From: a virus
Lineage: Duplodnaviria; Caudoviricetes
Virus record (IMG/VR): IMGVR_UViG_3300031965_000020
Location: 3,529-67,528 of that record
DNA: 64,000 bases
Reading direction: 5' to 3' (one strand)
Shown here: positions 18,610 to 27,639 of the stretch, in pieces
Layout: every line of letters begins with the position of its first letter
How positions within the stretch are numbered: position 1 is the first letter of the stretch
Program-made: the position numbers and the translations under genes
Notes under the pieces: generated by a model
Databases searched by the model: none
What the model was told of the DNA's origin: nothing
Seen by the model: the letters and a program-made list of their open reading frames with translations, nothing else

Positions 18610-19533
18610 CTACCGCTTTGCAGCGGCACCTTCCTTCCGATACGTGCCTGTCCGAAACGCCGCTGCCGCCTTGCCGACGGTTTCCCCCGGCTGTGGGCGG
18701 TTCAACACCGACGTCCGGCCCTTCTCGCCCGCGAAAATCACCGACCGATGGCCCGGCGCGGCCGTCGAGCCAGGAATCATCATCTCGCTGCGCGCGGCAG
18801 CTCGGCCCCGCTCCTCAGCGGCGGCGAGGTCGGAGTCGTACTTGGCCTTGGCCGTCGCTTCGCGCTTGTCGGTGACCTTGTGCAGGTCGTTCCAGATGTC
18901 ACGCGGGTCGAGCGATTTCTGGTTGCCCTTGGTTCCGGCGCGGGATTGCAACTCGCGGACGATCTCGCGTGAGTCGAGCGGCGTGCCGAAGAGTTGCTCG
19001 TGCTCGCGGGCGATCTGCATCAGCTCGGGGGTGAGATTGAGCATGCCCGAGGCAAAGCCGCCAATCCGCTCGTTGACGAGGCGGTCGAGATCCTCGGCCT
19101 TGACAAAGCCGTCGAGGGACGGCGCCTTGGGCGCAGGTGTGGTGATCGTCGTGTCGGCGAGGACTTTCTTGGGGTCGAGCCCGGCGTCGGTGGCGACACG
19201 CTCGACGACCTGTTGGAGACGCAAGACGTCCTGTTGCGCCTTCTCGAAATCGGCGCGTTGCCGGGTCGCGTTGGCCTTCTCGGCGGCGGTGAGCGTGGCC
19301 CATTCCGCCATTTCGGCGTTGAGGCGCTCTTGCGCGGCGGCCAGATCATTCTGCGACTGGGTGAGTTCCGCTTTCGTCTCGTTCATCGCCCGGTCGTAAT
19401 CGGACTGGCGCATGTACCCTTCGTTGATCTTGTCGACACGTGACTGGAACTGGGGCGAGAGTGCGGTGATCTCCTCGGCTTTGAAACCCAGATCTGCGAG
19501 ATATTCTTCGACGGTCACTTTCGACTTGGCCAT
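18610..19533 (-). CDS. Capsid scaffolding protein
   Basis: 307 aa charged coiled coil (YMRQSDYDRAMNE); between portal and MCP; GGAGG SD. Confidence 0.8.
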   Translation of the reverse strand: MAKSKVTVEEYLADLGFKAEEITALSPQFQSRVDKINEGYMRQSDYDRAMNETKAELTQSQNDLAAAQERLNAEMAEWATLTAAEKANATRQRADFEKAQQDVLRLQQVVERVATDAGLDPKKVLADTTITTPAPKAPSLDGFVKAEDLDRLVNERIGGFASGMLNLTPELMQIAREHEQLFGTPLDSREIVRELQSRAGTKGNQKSLDPRDIWNDLHKVTDKREATAKAKYDSDLAAAEERGRAAARSEMMIPGSTAAPGHRSVIFAGEKGRTSVLNRPQPGETVGKAAAAFRTGTYRKEGAAAKR

Positions 19534-19638
19534 GTGATCCTCCTGCCCTTCTATCCGGGTCGCCGGAAGCTGCGGGCGGGTGTTGAAGGTTACGAGATCA
19601 AACTATCAGCGACTTCGACGACTTCGACGGCTCGGCCG

Positions 19639-19974
19639 TCACATGCCTCCGCCTGGTACCGCTTCGCCCGACATCGTCTGCATGGGGGCCTGCGGTGCCA
19701 TCGCAATGACGGCCTGCTTGAGCAACTGTTGAATCTGCATCATCGCCTCGGCGGTCATCGGGTATTCCACCGCGATTTGTTTCGCCTGCTCGCCGAGGTC
19801 GCGGATGCGTGTCATACCGGCCATGAGCTGCTGACGCTGCGCGTCCATGCCAGCCGCAGGGGCTCCAGATGCCGGAGCTGGCGGCGTGGCAGACCCTTGT
19901 GCGCCCGGTCCGGCTGCGAGAGCCGAGCCGATGGCGTCCATGCCAGACGATGCACCACCAATGGGAGGGGCCAT
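19639..19974 (-). CDS. Small Ala/Pro/Met-rich head assembly protein
   Basis: 111 aa in the portal-scaffold interval. Confidence 0.6.
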   Translation of the reverse strand: MAPPIGGASSGMDAIGSALAAGPGAQGSATPPAPASGAPAAGMDAQRQQLMAGMTRIRDLGEQAKQIAVEYPMTAEAMMQIQQLLKQAVIAMAPQAPMQTMSGEAVPGGGM

Positions 19975-19993
19975 CTTAGACGACGACCGTCCG

Positions 19994-20134
19994 TTACCGG
20001 CTGCCGCGCGACGGCGAACGCTTCGCGCTGCGCTTGCCGGCCTTCTTGCCGAACACCGGCGTCATGGTCGAGCGAATCGTCGTTTTACCAGTCGTCGCAG
20101 TGGTCGTGCCCGGGGCTTTCATTGACTTTGCCAT
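19994..20134 (-). CDS. 46-aa Lys/Arg/Thr-rich basic peptide
   Basis: Hand translation MAKSMKAPGTTTATTGKTTIRSTMTPVFGKKAGKRSAKRSPSRGSR; below track cutoff. Confidence 0.65.
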   Translation of the reverse strand: MAKSMKAPGTTTATTGKTTIRSTMTPVFGKKAGKRSAKRSPSRGSR

Positions 20135-20141
20135 GCGCGAG

Positions 20142-20171
20142 AGTATGGATGGAGACGAATCCATTTGTCAA
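20142..20171 (-). promoter_or_regulatory. Sigma70-type promoter for head operon
   Basis: TTGACA-18 nt-CATACT, 7 nt before the ATG at 20134. Confidence 0.55.
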
Positions 20172-20214
20172 ACAGATGGTTGGCGGTAGGGTTGCCAAGC
20201 GGCCGTCAAGCCGC

Positions 20215-22311
20215 CTAGCGGCTGGTCGTGATGGTGGACCGCTGGCCGCCGGCACCGTCGGATTTGTTTTGGAGTTTAGGGGCCGCATTGAAGGAGGGCG
20301 GACGGCCTTCGGGCTCGCCAGGGGGCTTCGCACCTCCTTCGCCGGGGGCGCCGTCGCCGGTACCCTCGGCACCGTTGGGGACCAGTCCACGCTCCATGGC
20401 GCCCGCGGCCTGCTGCTGCGCGAGATCGAGCTGGATTTCATTCTGCATGTGGAGCCACGCGATGTACCGCTCCATTTCGTTGTTCGTCCCCATCGGCGGC
20501 GGACCGAAGTTCGGAATCTGCAACACCTGGGCAATCGTCCATGGTGAGAGCGGGAAGCCGGTCTTCTGGATCTGGAGGTACAGCAACTTCGTCGTCATCC
20601 GGTGGATCTCATTGATGCCGGATTCGGTGACGTGGTACGCATAGTCTTCGAGATAGCCACGCTTGCGCCGGGACATGGCGTCAGCTGTCTCGCCGGGGAC
20701 GAGCGGGGCGAGTTGTTCGGGGATGTACTGCTTGTCAACGTCGACGCCTTCGGGACCGGTGATCGTCAGCATGCGCGGACGCGCGTAGAACTGGAAATAC
20801 ATCGCCTTGCGCCACTCGCCGAGTTGCTGGAGGGGGTTTTCGACGCGGCGAATCGTGTCCTGGACGATCGGCCCGGCCATCTCCATGAGCTTTTCGAGCG
20901 TGTCGGCGCCGGGGACTTGTTTGGCCTTGGCGATGGCGACCAGATCGGTCACGCCCGAGAGATAATCCATGCGCGCTTCCTGCGCGGTGATCCATTCGGT
21001 GATCCATGGTGGAACGTTGTAGTACTCGGGCGGGAATGGGTACTTGATTGGATCGGCAATCGTGTCGAGCGGCGCGCGGGCGCGGACGCCAGCCTTGCGT
21101 GGGTTGAACGCGTCGCCCCAGGTGGCCGCCATTCGATCGTCGACGACCGCGGGTGGATCGAGCCGTGCCGCGCCGGAATCTTCGATACCGCGCATGAGCG
21201 CGACGATGCCGTCCTGGATGTTCTTGAGCTGTGGAACGGTCGAGGAGCCGAGTGCTTCCCATGCCCAATCACCGAAGGTGAGACGCGCGATGGGCGCGGC
21301 GCCGTGCCAGTAGGGGGACGGCCCATCGTAGCAGAGCGCGGTGCGGCTGAAGATCGTGTAGCGGCGCAGCGGGAAGAGACGCGCTTCAGCCTCGGTGGCT
21401 GGGACGGTGAACGGCGAGCCGGTCGCCGGGTTGACGATGCCGGTCGGGAGCGGATCGCCGACGGCCGGGACGACGTACTCCCAGTTGGTCAGCTTGGCGC
21501 CCATGCGAATCGGGGCGCCGGATTGGTTGATCGACCGGTCCATCGTGTACATGTGGAAGATGTCCACGGTGGGGAACGAGGCGTTCTGCGACTGGCCGGG
21601 CGAGCGACCGGCGACGCGTAGTGCAGGCGAGACGAATTGCTGGAGCTTTTGCAGCCCCTTTTGCATCCAGCCGGGCGAGTCCCGGTCGGGTGTGAGCTGG
21701 TTGGCAAAGGCGGGGTTGGTTTCCCCGTAGATCGCGCGTGCAAGATTGAGCGGCATCTCCTCACGGATGATGACGGCGTAGGCGCGCTGGATGTCGTGGG
21801 TCTTGGGAAGCTGGATGAACGTGACATCGCCGGGATTGAGCGCTTGGAGACGAATGTCACCGCGGTACGGCGAATGAAAGTGCTTGTCCCAGGTTTGATA
21901 GAAGTAGGCCGTACCGGTCGCGATGGCGTACTGCAAGCCGTCCCGATGCGCTTCGTTCGCGCGGGTCGTGCGGTACCAATGCTCATCGAGGTGGGTGAGG
22001 GTGTTCGCTTGGTCGTAGAGCGTGTTGTCCCAGACCGGCTTGAACTCGCCCTCGTGCCGGAAGTTGGCGAGCGTGGCGACCAGCTCGCGCGCTATGCGTG
22101 TGGTCTTGTCGTACTGGAGCGCGGAGAGGCCGTCGAGCGATGCGCCTGACGGCGCGCCTGACAAGGCAGACAAGGCGGTTTCCCAGCCGACAGCTGGACG
22201 CTGGGCCTTGAGCCAGCCTTCGCCTTCCTGTTGGGCGGAGAGACACCAGCCGAGAATTTGGCCGGGCTGGGCGGCGTGAGGCGGGATTTCATAGCTGGAA
22301 TACTCGGCCAT
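20215..22311 (-). CDS. Portal protein (P22/SU10-like)
   Basis: 698 aa after TerL; GTAYFYQTWD, RLDPPAVVD, acidic/Pro tail. Confidence 0.85.
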   Translation of the reverse strand: MAEYSSYEIPPHAAQPGQILGWCLSAQQEGEGWLKAQRPAVGWETALSALSGAPSGASLDGLSALQYDKTTRIARELVATLANFRHEGEFKPVWDNTLYDQANTLTHLDEHWYRTTRANEAHRDGLQYAIATGTAYFYQTWDKHFHSPYRGDIRLQALNPGDVTFIQLPKTHDIQRAYAVIIREEMPLNLARAIYGETNPAFANQLTPDRDSPGWMQKGLQKLQQFVSPALRVAGRSPGQSQNASFPTVDIFHMYTMDRSINQSGAPIRMGAKLTNWEYVVPAVGDPLPTGIVNPATGSPFTVPATEAEARLFPLRRYTIFSRTALCYDGPSPYWHGAAPIARLTFGDWAWEALGSSTVPQLKNIQDGIVALMRGIEDSGAARLDPPAVVDDRMAATWGDAFNPRKAGVRARAPLDTIADPIKYPFPPEYYNVPPWITEWITAQEARMDYLSGVTDLVAIAKAKQVPGADTLEKLMEMAGPIVQDTIRRVENPLQQLGEWRKAMYFQFYARPRMLTITGPEGVDVDKQYIPEQLAPLVPGETADAMSRRKRGYLEDYAYHVTESGINEIHRMTTKLLYLQIQKTGFPLSPWTIAQVLQIPNFGPPPMGTNNEMERYIAWLHMQNEIQLDLAQQQAAGAMERGLVPNGAEGTGDGAPGEGGAKPPGEPEGRPPSFNAAPKLQNKSDGAGGQRSTITTSR

Positions 22312-22351
22312 ATGAATTGACTCGGCGGTAGTCTACACCCTGCGGGGCTAG

Positions 22352-22843
22352 CTAGGCCCACGCGATTGGCGGCTCGTCGAGCGGCTCCATGTCATCTGGG
22401 AGCAGTTGCCACACCCAGAGGCCCGCTTTCGTGAAGCCAACGTGTGAAAAGCCTGCCTTGAGATAACAGTAGCCGTAGATGGAGATGCCACGTCGCCGCG
22501 TCGGCGCGACATGCGCTGGATCGACGAAACTGACCATGCCGAGCGGCGGCGCAGTCCACTCGCGGCGTGTCGCTTGGACGGCCGCACGGATGAGCAAGCT
22601 CGCGCATGAATCGCTCTCGTTGCGGAAGAGTGAATTGACCCACGCACCGGCCCATGCGTGCTTGACGTACTCGGCCTTGGGGTAGGACGTGACCCAGAGC
22701 GCGTCGGCGGCGGGCGTCAGTAGGCAGAGACAGCGCCCCGGCGGAACGTACTGCGGCGAGCCGATCTTCTGACGGTTGTAGTGCCGGTCGGCGAGCGGGA
22801 GTGCTCGCTTGTCGGCGCGATGAGAGCGCTGCCATTCAATCAC
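22352..22843 (-). CDS. Mom-like GNAT-fold DNA modification protein (putative)
   Basis: ADRHYNRQKIGSPQYVPPGRCL...AWVNSLFRNE...GMVSFVD...GYCYLKAGFSHVG resembles Mom-family phage proteins; GTG start overlaps upstream stop. Confidence 0.55.
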   Translation of the reverse strand: MIEWQRSHRADKRALPLADRHYNRQKIGSPQYVPPGRCLCLLTPAADALWVTSYPKAEYVKHAWAGAWVNSLFRNESDSCASLLIRAAVQATRREWTAPPLGMVSFVDPAHVAPTRRRGISIYGYCYLKAGFSHVGFTKAGLWVWQLLPDDMEPLDEPPIAWA

Positions 22844-23405
22844 GGCGGCGTCTACCTTGTGGATCGCGGGACTCAGGGCGGTTCGAGCGGTCGTAGCTGA
22901 GCGCTTCGACGTGGAAGCCCGCGTCTCGGGCACGCTCGCGGGGCGCGTGGTCGGCGCGACGCATGGCGGCTCGGGCGAGATCCCGGCCGTATTCGGTCAT
23001 CGCTGACATGGACTGGCGGAGTTGCGCTCGCATGTGCGACTCGCGAGCTTCGCGCTGGGCTTGGTGCGCCTCGACCTTGCGATGCGAGAGGGAGAGTTCT
23101 CGCTTGTTCATGTGCGACTCGAAACGGCGTACGTCAGCGGCCGAGCGAAGTTCGATCTTGGTCATGCCTTGACGGGCGTATTGGTGGGCGGAGCGGCCGG
23201 AGGGATCGCCGGGGAAGCGGAAGGTGCCGTCGGCGGCCTGGAAGATGACGACGGGGTCGATGGATGACTGGACGGCTGGCGGTAGGTGAATCTGTTCGGT
23301 TGGTGCGTTGCAAGTCGGGCAGGGCGGGGTGGCTGGCCAGTCGGCGATGGGCCGGTTGACTTCTTCGATATGGTCGTTGGTGCAGCGGATGTTGATGAGG
23401 GGCAT
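22836..23405 (-). CDS. FmdB-like zinc-ribbon protein
   Basis: IRCTNDH...PPCPTCNAPTEQI N-terminal Zn ribbon. Confidence 0.7.
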   Translation of the reverse strand: MPLINIRCTNDHIEEVNRPIADWPATPPCPTCNAPTEQIHLPPAVQSSIDPVVIFQAADGTFRFPGDPSGRSAHQYARQGMTKIELRSAADVRRFESHMNKRELSLSHRKVEAHQAQREARESHMRAQLRQSMSAMTEYGRDLARAAMRRADHAPRERARDAGFHVEALSYDRSNRPESRDPQGRRRRD

Positions 23406-23407
23406 AT

Positions 23408-25618
23408 TCAGCGATACCTGATCGGAAGGTTTGGGTTGACGAATCGCTCCAACGCACCTGCCCTACGATTCTTATACATCCGCTGATGACCGGCAAACGG
23501 CCGAGATGACGCTTGACTCGGCGGCGACCATGTCGGATGAGGAATTTGCTGGTCGGGTGTTAACCCCGGTTGATAGCTGACGCGCTTGCGCGTGAACTGC
23601 TGGTCTGGCCGTTTGCCCTGGTGCAGTGAGAGGAGAGGAAAACCCAACCCCATCCAACGGTCGTCGTGGAAGCCCAGCAATGCCTGCGCTTTGCCCTCGA
23701 CGTTTTCCAAGGTGGTGATTTCTTGGACGAGGTAGGGGGATGGAATATCGATCGCTTCTTCCTTGATATGCGTCATCCACATGTCCTGGAGCGCCGAGCG
23801 GAGCACACTGTTCGTCATCACGCCGATGCGGTTGATCTCCGATAGAGCCTTGGGCCGTTTCGAGTCGCCGGCGAACTGCATCGGGTGGAAGTTCGCCCAG
23901 CCGCGCTTGAGCAGTTCGTTCTGGCAGGCGGCGCCGTTCGTCCAAGTTTCAATCGCCAGACGACATTGGGATTTTTCGCCGGTCTGCGGCGAGGTGGTGG
24001 AGGAATACAAATGCGCCATCGCCATGACCAGCGGCCAGAGTTGGAACGCGGTCACTGTATTGCCGACCCACTCGGCGACTTGGCCGGGCTCGCGCAGCGG
24101 GGTGGACTCGCGCAGGACTTCGATGGTCGCGTTGTCCTGGCCGACGCCCTCGCTGCAATCCACACCAACCCCATACCTATGCGGGAAGGTCGGCCATTCC
24201 CAAATCAACAACTTGAGCTGTTCATCGAAGTCTGAGTAGCCGTGGAACTGCAACGGGATGAGCTGGTACTTGACGTCGAAATTCGGCGTCAGATCGCGAG
24301 TCGCGATGGTGATCGTGGGTTTTGTCGAGTCGAACTGCCGGGACGGGGCCACCATCTGCGGCGGAATGTCTGGGCCGATGATCGTGTAGACACCGAGCGG
24401 TTGGCGCGTCCGCTCATGAAAGCCCATCAAAATTTCCTGGTCGATGAGCGGGTTTTGCTGAATCTGAAACGCCTCGATGTCGTCGGCAGGCAGTTCGCCG
24501 AGGAAGATGTGCAGTTCCTTGTTCTCCTTGGCGGCACGGTACTCGTTCTCGTACCAGTACATCTGGTGCCGGGGAAGCGTCCAGTCGCGATCACCGTGCG
24601 CGAGGTGGTGGAAAAGCAGCGGATTGGACAGGACGTAGGCGCGAGCGCGTTCCGCGTGCTTGATCGTGCGGTCGGACGGCGACCAGTCAGGCGGAATCGG
24701 CCTTTTACGCCTGTCGGCGGCGGTCGGATACAAGTCCGTCCCCACGAACCATGGCAGGAAGACCGGCCGAATCCGCGCCGTGCCCCGGTCCATCTCACGC
24801 TTGTTCTTTTGCCACTCCTTGTGCCACCAGTTGCCGATGCCGAGCGCGGTGGATTCGAGAATGCCGAAGGTTTTGTCGCTGTCGATCACGGCACGGAGCA
24901 GGCCACCGGTGATGATGTCTTCGGCGTCCTGGAACTCGCAGAGTTCGCTGAGGTGGATGACCGAAGGCGATGCGCCGCGGCCGACACCGGTGAACTGGTT
25001 GCCAGATTCGATGGAGAGTTCGGTGTGGAGTTCGGCAAACTCGGCGGGCATGCCGTGCTTGGTTTTCGTGGCGCGCGGCAAGAGCCACCACGGTTGCTTT
25101 TCGAGGCAGAACTTGATCATGCCCGCCATGTCGATGGACTTGCCGGGATCGGCGCTGGCGACCAGGCACGATGAGTATTCGTGAAACTGGAAGCGATGGC
25201 AGACGTTCAACTCGCTAAGGGTTGAGACGCCGAGCCGACGCGCTTTGAGTTGTTGCATCCAGATCGCGTGGCCGCGCGATTCGTCTTCGGCCCAAAGGTC
25301 GAGGATAATGTTTTGGGCCACGTTCGGGACGCAGCGCGTGGCCTGCTTGTACAAATCGATGATCCAGGCGTAGTTCGGCAGCCAGTAGGACCGGAAGTCC
25401 AAGGCGCAGAGCTTCCGCTCGTTGCGGATGAATTTTTGCTCGCCGGGGAGGAGTGAGCGACGAAGTCGCAATGGTTTCCCGTTGCCGTCACGCTCCATGA
25501 GTGCATCGAAATGCTCGATGGCGTCGTCGATTTCATCGACAGTGTGACGCTTGAGCGGCCAGCCGAGTTCTTTGCTGGCGAGATCGATGTCGCGTTGGGT
25601 GATGTCGGGATGATACAC
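23408..25618 (-). CDS. terL: Terminase large subunit
   Basis: Walker A LKARRLGVST, Walker B IHLSE, coupling ILESTALG, nuclease VGVDCSEGVGQD and HDDRWM. Confidence 0.92.
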   Translation of the reverse strand: MYHPDITQRDIDLASKELGWPLKRHTVDEIDDAIEHFDALMERDGNGKPLRLRRSLLPGEQKFIRNERKLCALDFRSYWLPNYAWIIDLYKQATRCVPNVAQNIILDLWAEDESRGHAIWMQQLKARRLGVSTLSELNVCHRFQFHEYSSCLVASADPGKSIDMAGMIKFCLEKQPWWLLPRATKTKHGMPAEFAELHTELSIESGNQFTGVGRGASPSVIHLSELCEFQDAEDIITGGLLRAVIDSDKTFGILESTALGIGNWWHKEWQKNKREMDRGTARIRPVFLPWFVGTDLYPTAADRRKRPIPPDWSPSDRTIKHAERARAYVLSNPLLFHHLAHGDRDWTLPRHQMYWYENEYRAAKENKELHIFLGELPADDIEAFQIQQNPLIDQEILMGFHERTRQPLGVYTIIGPDIPPQMVAPSRQFDSTKPTITIATRDLTPNFDVKYQLIPLQFHGYSDFDEQLKLLIWEWPTFPHRYGVGVDCSEGVGQDNATIEVLRESTPLREPGQVAEWVGNTVTAFQLWPLVMAMAHLYSSTTSPQTGEKSQCRLAIETWTNGAACQNELLKRGWANFHPMQFAGDSKRPKALSEINRIGVMTNSVLRSALQDMWMTHIKEEAIDIPSPYLVQEITTLENVEGKAQALLGFHDDRWMGLGFPLLSLHQGKRPDQQFTRKRVSYQPGLTPDQQIPHPTWSPPSQASSRPFAGHQRMYKNRRAGALERFVNPNLPIRYR

Positions 25619-25620
25619 AG

Positions 25621-26787
25621 CTACTCGTCATCCTCGACTGGTTCAGCTGCTGTCGCGTCGATCACGGCTGGTTGCGCGTGCCTAGCCGGCGGCTTCCAGT
25701 CGAGGTCGTCAGATGTGCTGGCCGCCAAGGCTCGCTGGCCGACCGTGCGCGTTCCTGTCACGCCTCGCATGTCTTCCGCGAACGACGGCATCGACGGCGA
25801 CTCAGCGGCGATGGCGGCGGCTGCCGCGCTGGCGTTCAGATTGTTGTTGATCACGACGCCTTTGGGGAGTGGGAGAGTCCCCATGCCTTGCAAGAAGGCA
25901 ATCCGATCCTTGTGGTGAATTTCGGGATTCTTGCCGTCGATGGTCGAGCCGGACTTGGCCAGCGCCGCGACGACTTGCGGATGCATGACGGCTGCGGCGA
26001 GATTGCCCACGTCCCTGCCGCGCTCCATGACCATCGAGACGATCTCAGACAATAGCTTGGATGGCCGGACGCCAGCGGCCGCGCAGATATCGTCAAGGTT
26101 GGCGCGAATGCGCTCGTAGGGTGTGAGGTCGGCGTAGACGCGGAACCACGCGGTTGATTCTGGGAGTTCTTCCAACATCCCGCCCTGGACGAACGCGATG
26201 AACGCGTCGCGCCCGCCGTCGAGATAGCGGATAGCGAAGGCGAGCGAATGCACATCGGCGACGGTGGTCAGTGTCGTCGGCGCGTCGGTCACTTGCGCCG
26301 AGATCGAGCGCTTGATCTGGCGCAGCTTGATTCGGACCTGGTCCTCGCGGGGGAGATCCTCGATGCCTGCGGTGGTCGGACGATGCGGATTCGCCGGGCC
26401 GATGCCCAGTTCCTGCATCTTGGCGTTGACGCGCTCGGTGCGCTGGTCGATCTTGGTCTTGCGCGATGGCTCCTTGGCGAAGTTCCAGCGACCGGTCATG
26501 CTCTTGTGGTGCCGGGTCGGGACGAGTCGCCACTGGAGGAGTTGGCCGTTTCGCCCACGGCGGTAGCTGACGCCGTCGACTTTCCAGACGTGGCCGATGA
26601 TCTGGGTGGGATCGTAGTCGGGCGAGGAGGGGTCGGCGGCTAGTCCGGTGCGGCAGTCGATGCCGTGGATGTGGGGAGGTTCTCCGCTGCTTTCGCGTCC
26701 TCCGCTGCTTCCATCAGGTGAATCGCCAGGGGTTGAATCTCCGGCGGCAGATCCTGAATCCGCCACGGGCGATTCGTCTGCTCCCAT
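25621..26787 (-). CDS. Probable terminase small subunit-like protein (start uncertain)
   Basis: Directly upstream of terL; C-terminal ~340 aa has coding codon bias; ATG 26787 lies inside the upstream gene. Confidence 0.5.
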   Translation of the reverse strand: MGADESPVADSGSAAGDSTPGDSPDGSSGGRESSGEPPHIHGIDCRTGLAADPSSPDYDPTQIIGHVWKVDGVSYRRGRNGQLLQWRLVPTRHHKSMTGRWNFAKEPSRKTKIDQRTERVNAKMQELGIGPANPHRPTTAGIEDLPREDQVRIKLRQIKRSISAQVTDAPTTLTTVADVHSLAFAIRYLDGGRDAFIAFVQGGMLEELPESTAWFRVYADLTPYERIRANLDDICAAAGVRPSKLLSEIVSMVMERGRDVGNLAAAVMHPQVVAALAKSGSTIDGKNPEIHHKDRIAFLQGMGTLPLPKGVVINNNLNASAAAAAIAAESPSMPSFAEDMRGVTGTRTVGQRALAASTSDDLDWKPPARHAQPAVIDATAAEPVEDDE

Positions 26788-27035
26788 TCTTTGATCGCCC
26801 GCTGCTCGCGCATCGCGGCTGTCACCACCGTCACATCCTTGTCCGTGAACTGGCGCGGCGGCATCTGGCGCGGACGAGGGGTCAGACGAGTCGCGCGCTG
26901 CGTCGCCTCGGAGATCGCCGAAGGGGTCGTCTGCGCCGGCTGGTGCGTCAGTGCGAGGATGATCTCGCGCGTCAGTGCATTCTGCTCCTGCAGGAGCGTG
27001 ACGATGTCGCGTATCTGTCGAATCCATGACCACAA
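26640..27035 (-). CDS. Hypothetical protein (131 aa)
   Basis: AAGGAG SD plus TTG start; GC3-rich codons; amphipathic MWSWIRQIRDIVTLLQEQ. Confidence 0.7.
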   Translation of the reverse strand: MWSWIRQIRDIVTLLQEQNALTREIILALTHQPAQTTPSAISEATQRATRLTPRPRQMPPRQFTDKDVTVVTAAMREQRAIKEWEQTNRPWRIQDLPPEIQPLAIHLMEAAEDAKAAENLPTSTASTAAPD

Positions 27036-27051
27036 GTGAACTCTCCTTCGA

Positions 27052-27327
27052 TCAATCCTCGACGAAATGGACGGGGCAGCGCAACTGTCGGGCTTCCGCC
27101 ATGAACAGGGGCGTCGCTGACGTGCCGTCCCACTTGAGCATGCAACGGCAGCCTGCGGCTCGAGCCGACTCGGCTTGGCGTGAGAATGCCACCACGTCCA
27201 AGGAGGAAGCGGTCTGCCGATTACCGCTGTCACCGTCTGGGGCTGGTGCGGGCGGCTGTTCGCTTGGGGCGCTTGGCACGAGTTGGGGCTCCTTTGCGTT
27301 CAGGCAATTTGGAGAAGTCGGCTGCAC
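27052..27327 (-). CDS. Hypothetical protein with C-terminal CxC...CxxH motif
   Basis: 91 aa; fills gap; overlaps upstream gene by 98 nt. Confidence 0.5.
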   Translation of the reverse strand: MQPTSPNCLNAKEPQLVPSAPSEQPPAPAPDGDSGNRQTASSLDVVAFSRQAESARAAGCRCMLKWDGTSATPLFMAEARQLRCPVHFVED

Positions 27328-27430
27328 GGGTTTTGCCGCGAGCGTCGGCGAGTGAGAGCTTGCCCTCGCGTGCGAGTGCGAAGAGTTTGCGTGATTGTGC
27401 TTTCGAGGTGACCTTACGGTACGGCGGCAC
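27230..27430 (-). CDS. Small basic protein
   Basis: 66 aa; SKAQSRKLFALAREGKLS...SKLPERK, K/R-rich. Confidence 0.7.
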   Translation of the reverse strand: MPPYRKVTSKAQSRKLFALAREGKLSLADARGKTRAADFSKLPERKGAPTRAKRPKRTAARTSPRR

Positions 27431-27434
27431 TCGA

Positions 27435-27638
27435 CTATCTCCGCGACGACGCCGGCCGTTTCACCGCACGCTGCTTCAGGCGCTGGACGCCGATGCCCAG
27501 GCGCTTCAACGGATTGGCCGTCGACTTCTCGCGCTTGGCTAAAATTCGGTCGTCGACTTTGCCGGTGTCGTTGGGGAGCTGGATGTCCTTAGTGCGACGG
27601 CCACGAATTCGTTCGACGAGTGAGAGCTTTGCGGCCAT
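27435..27638 (-). CDS. Small basic protein
   Basis: MAAKLSLVERIRGRRTK...; K/R-rich; AAGGAG SD. Confidence 0.65.
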   Translation of the reverse strand: MAAKLSLVERIRGRRTKDIQLPNDTGKVDDRILAKREKSTANPLKRLGIGVQRLKQRAVKRPASSRR

Positions 27639-27639
27639 G

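Noticed and set aside
23408-25618. Intein in the long TerL
   Set aside because: No C/S-start or HN-end splice motifs and no endonuclease motif; ATPase and nuclease motifs are in normal order
25621-27033. 470-aa ORF at full track length
   Set aside because: The first ~80 aa read as the off-frame shadow of the 131-aa gene; retained only as a start-site question
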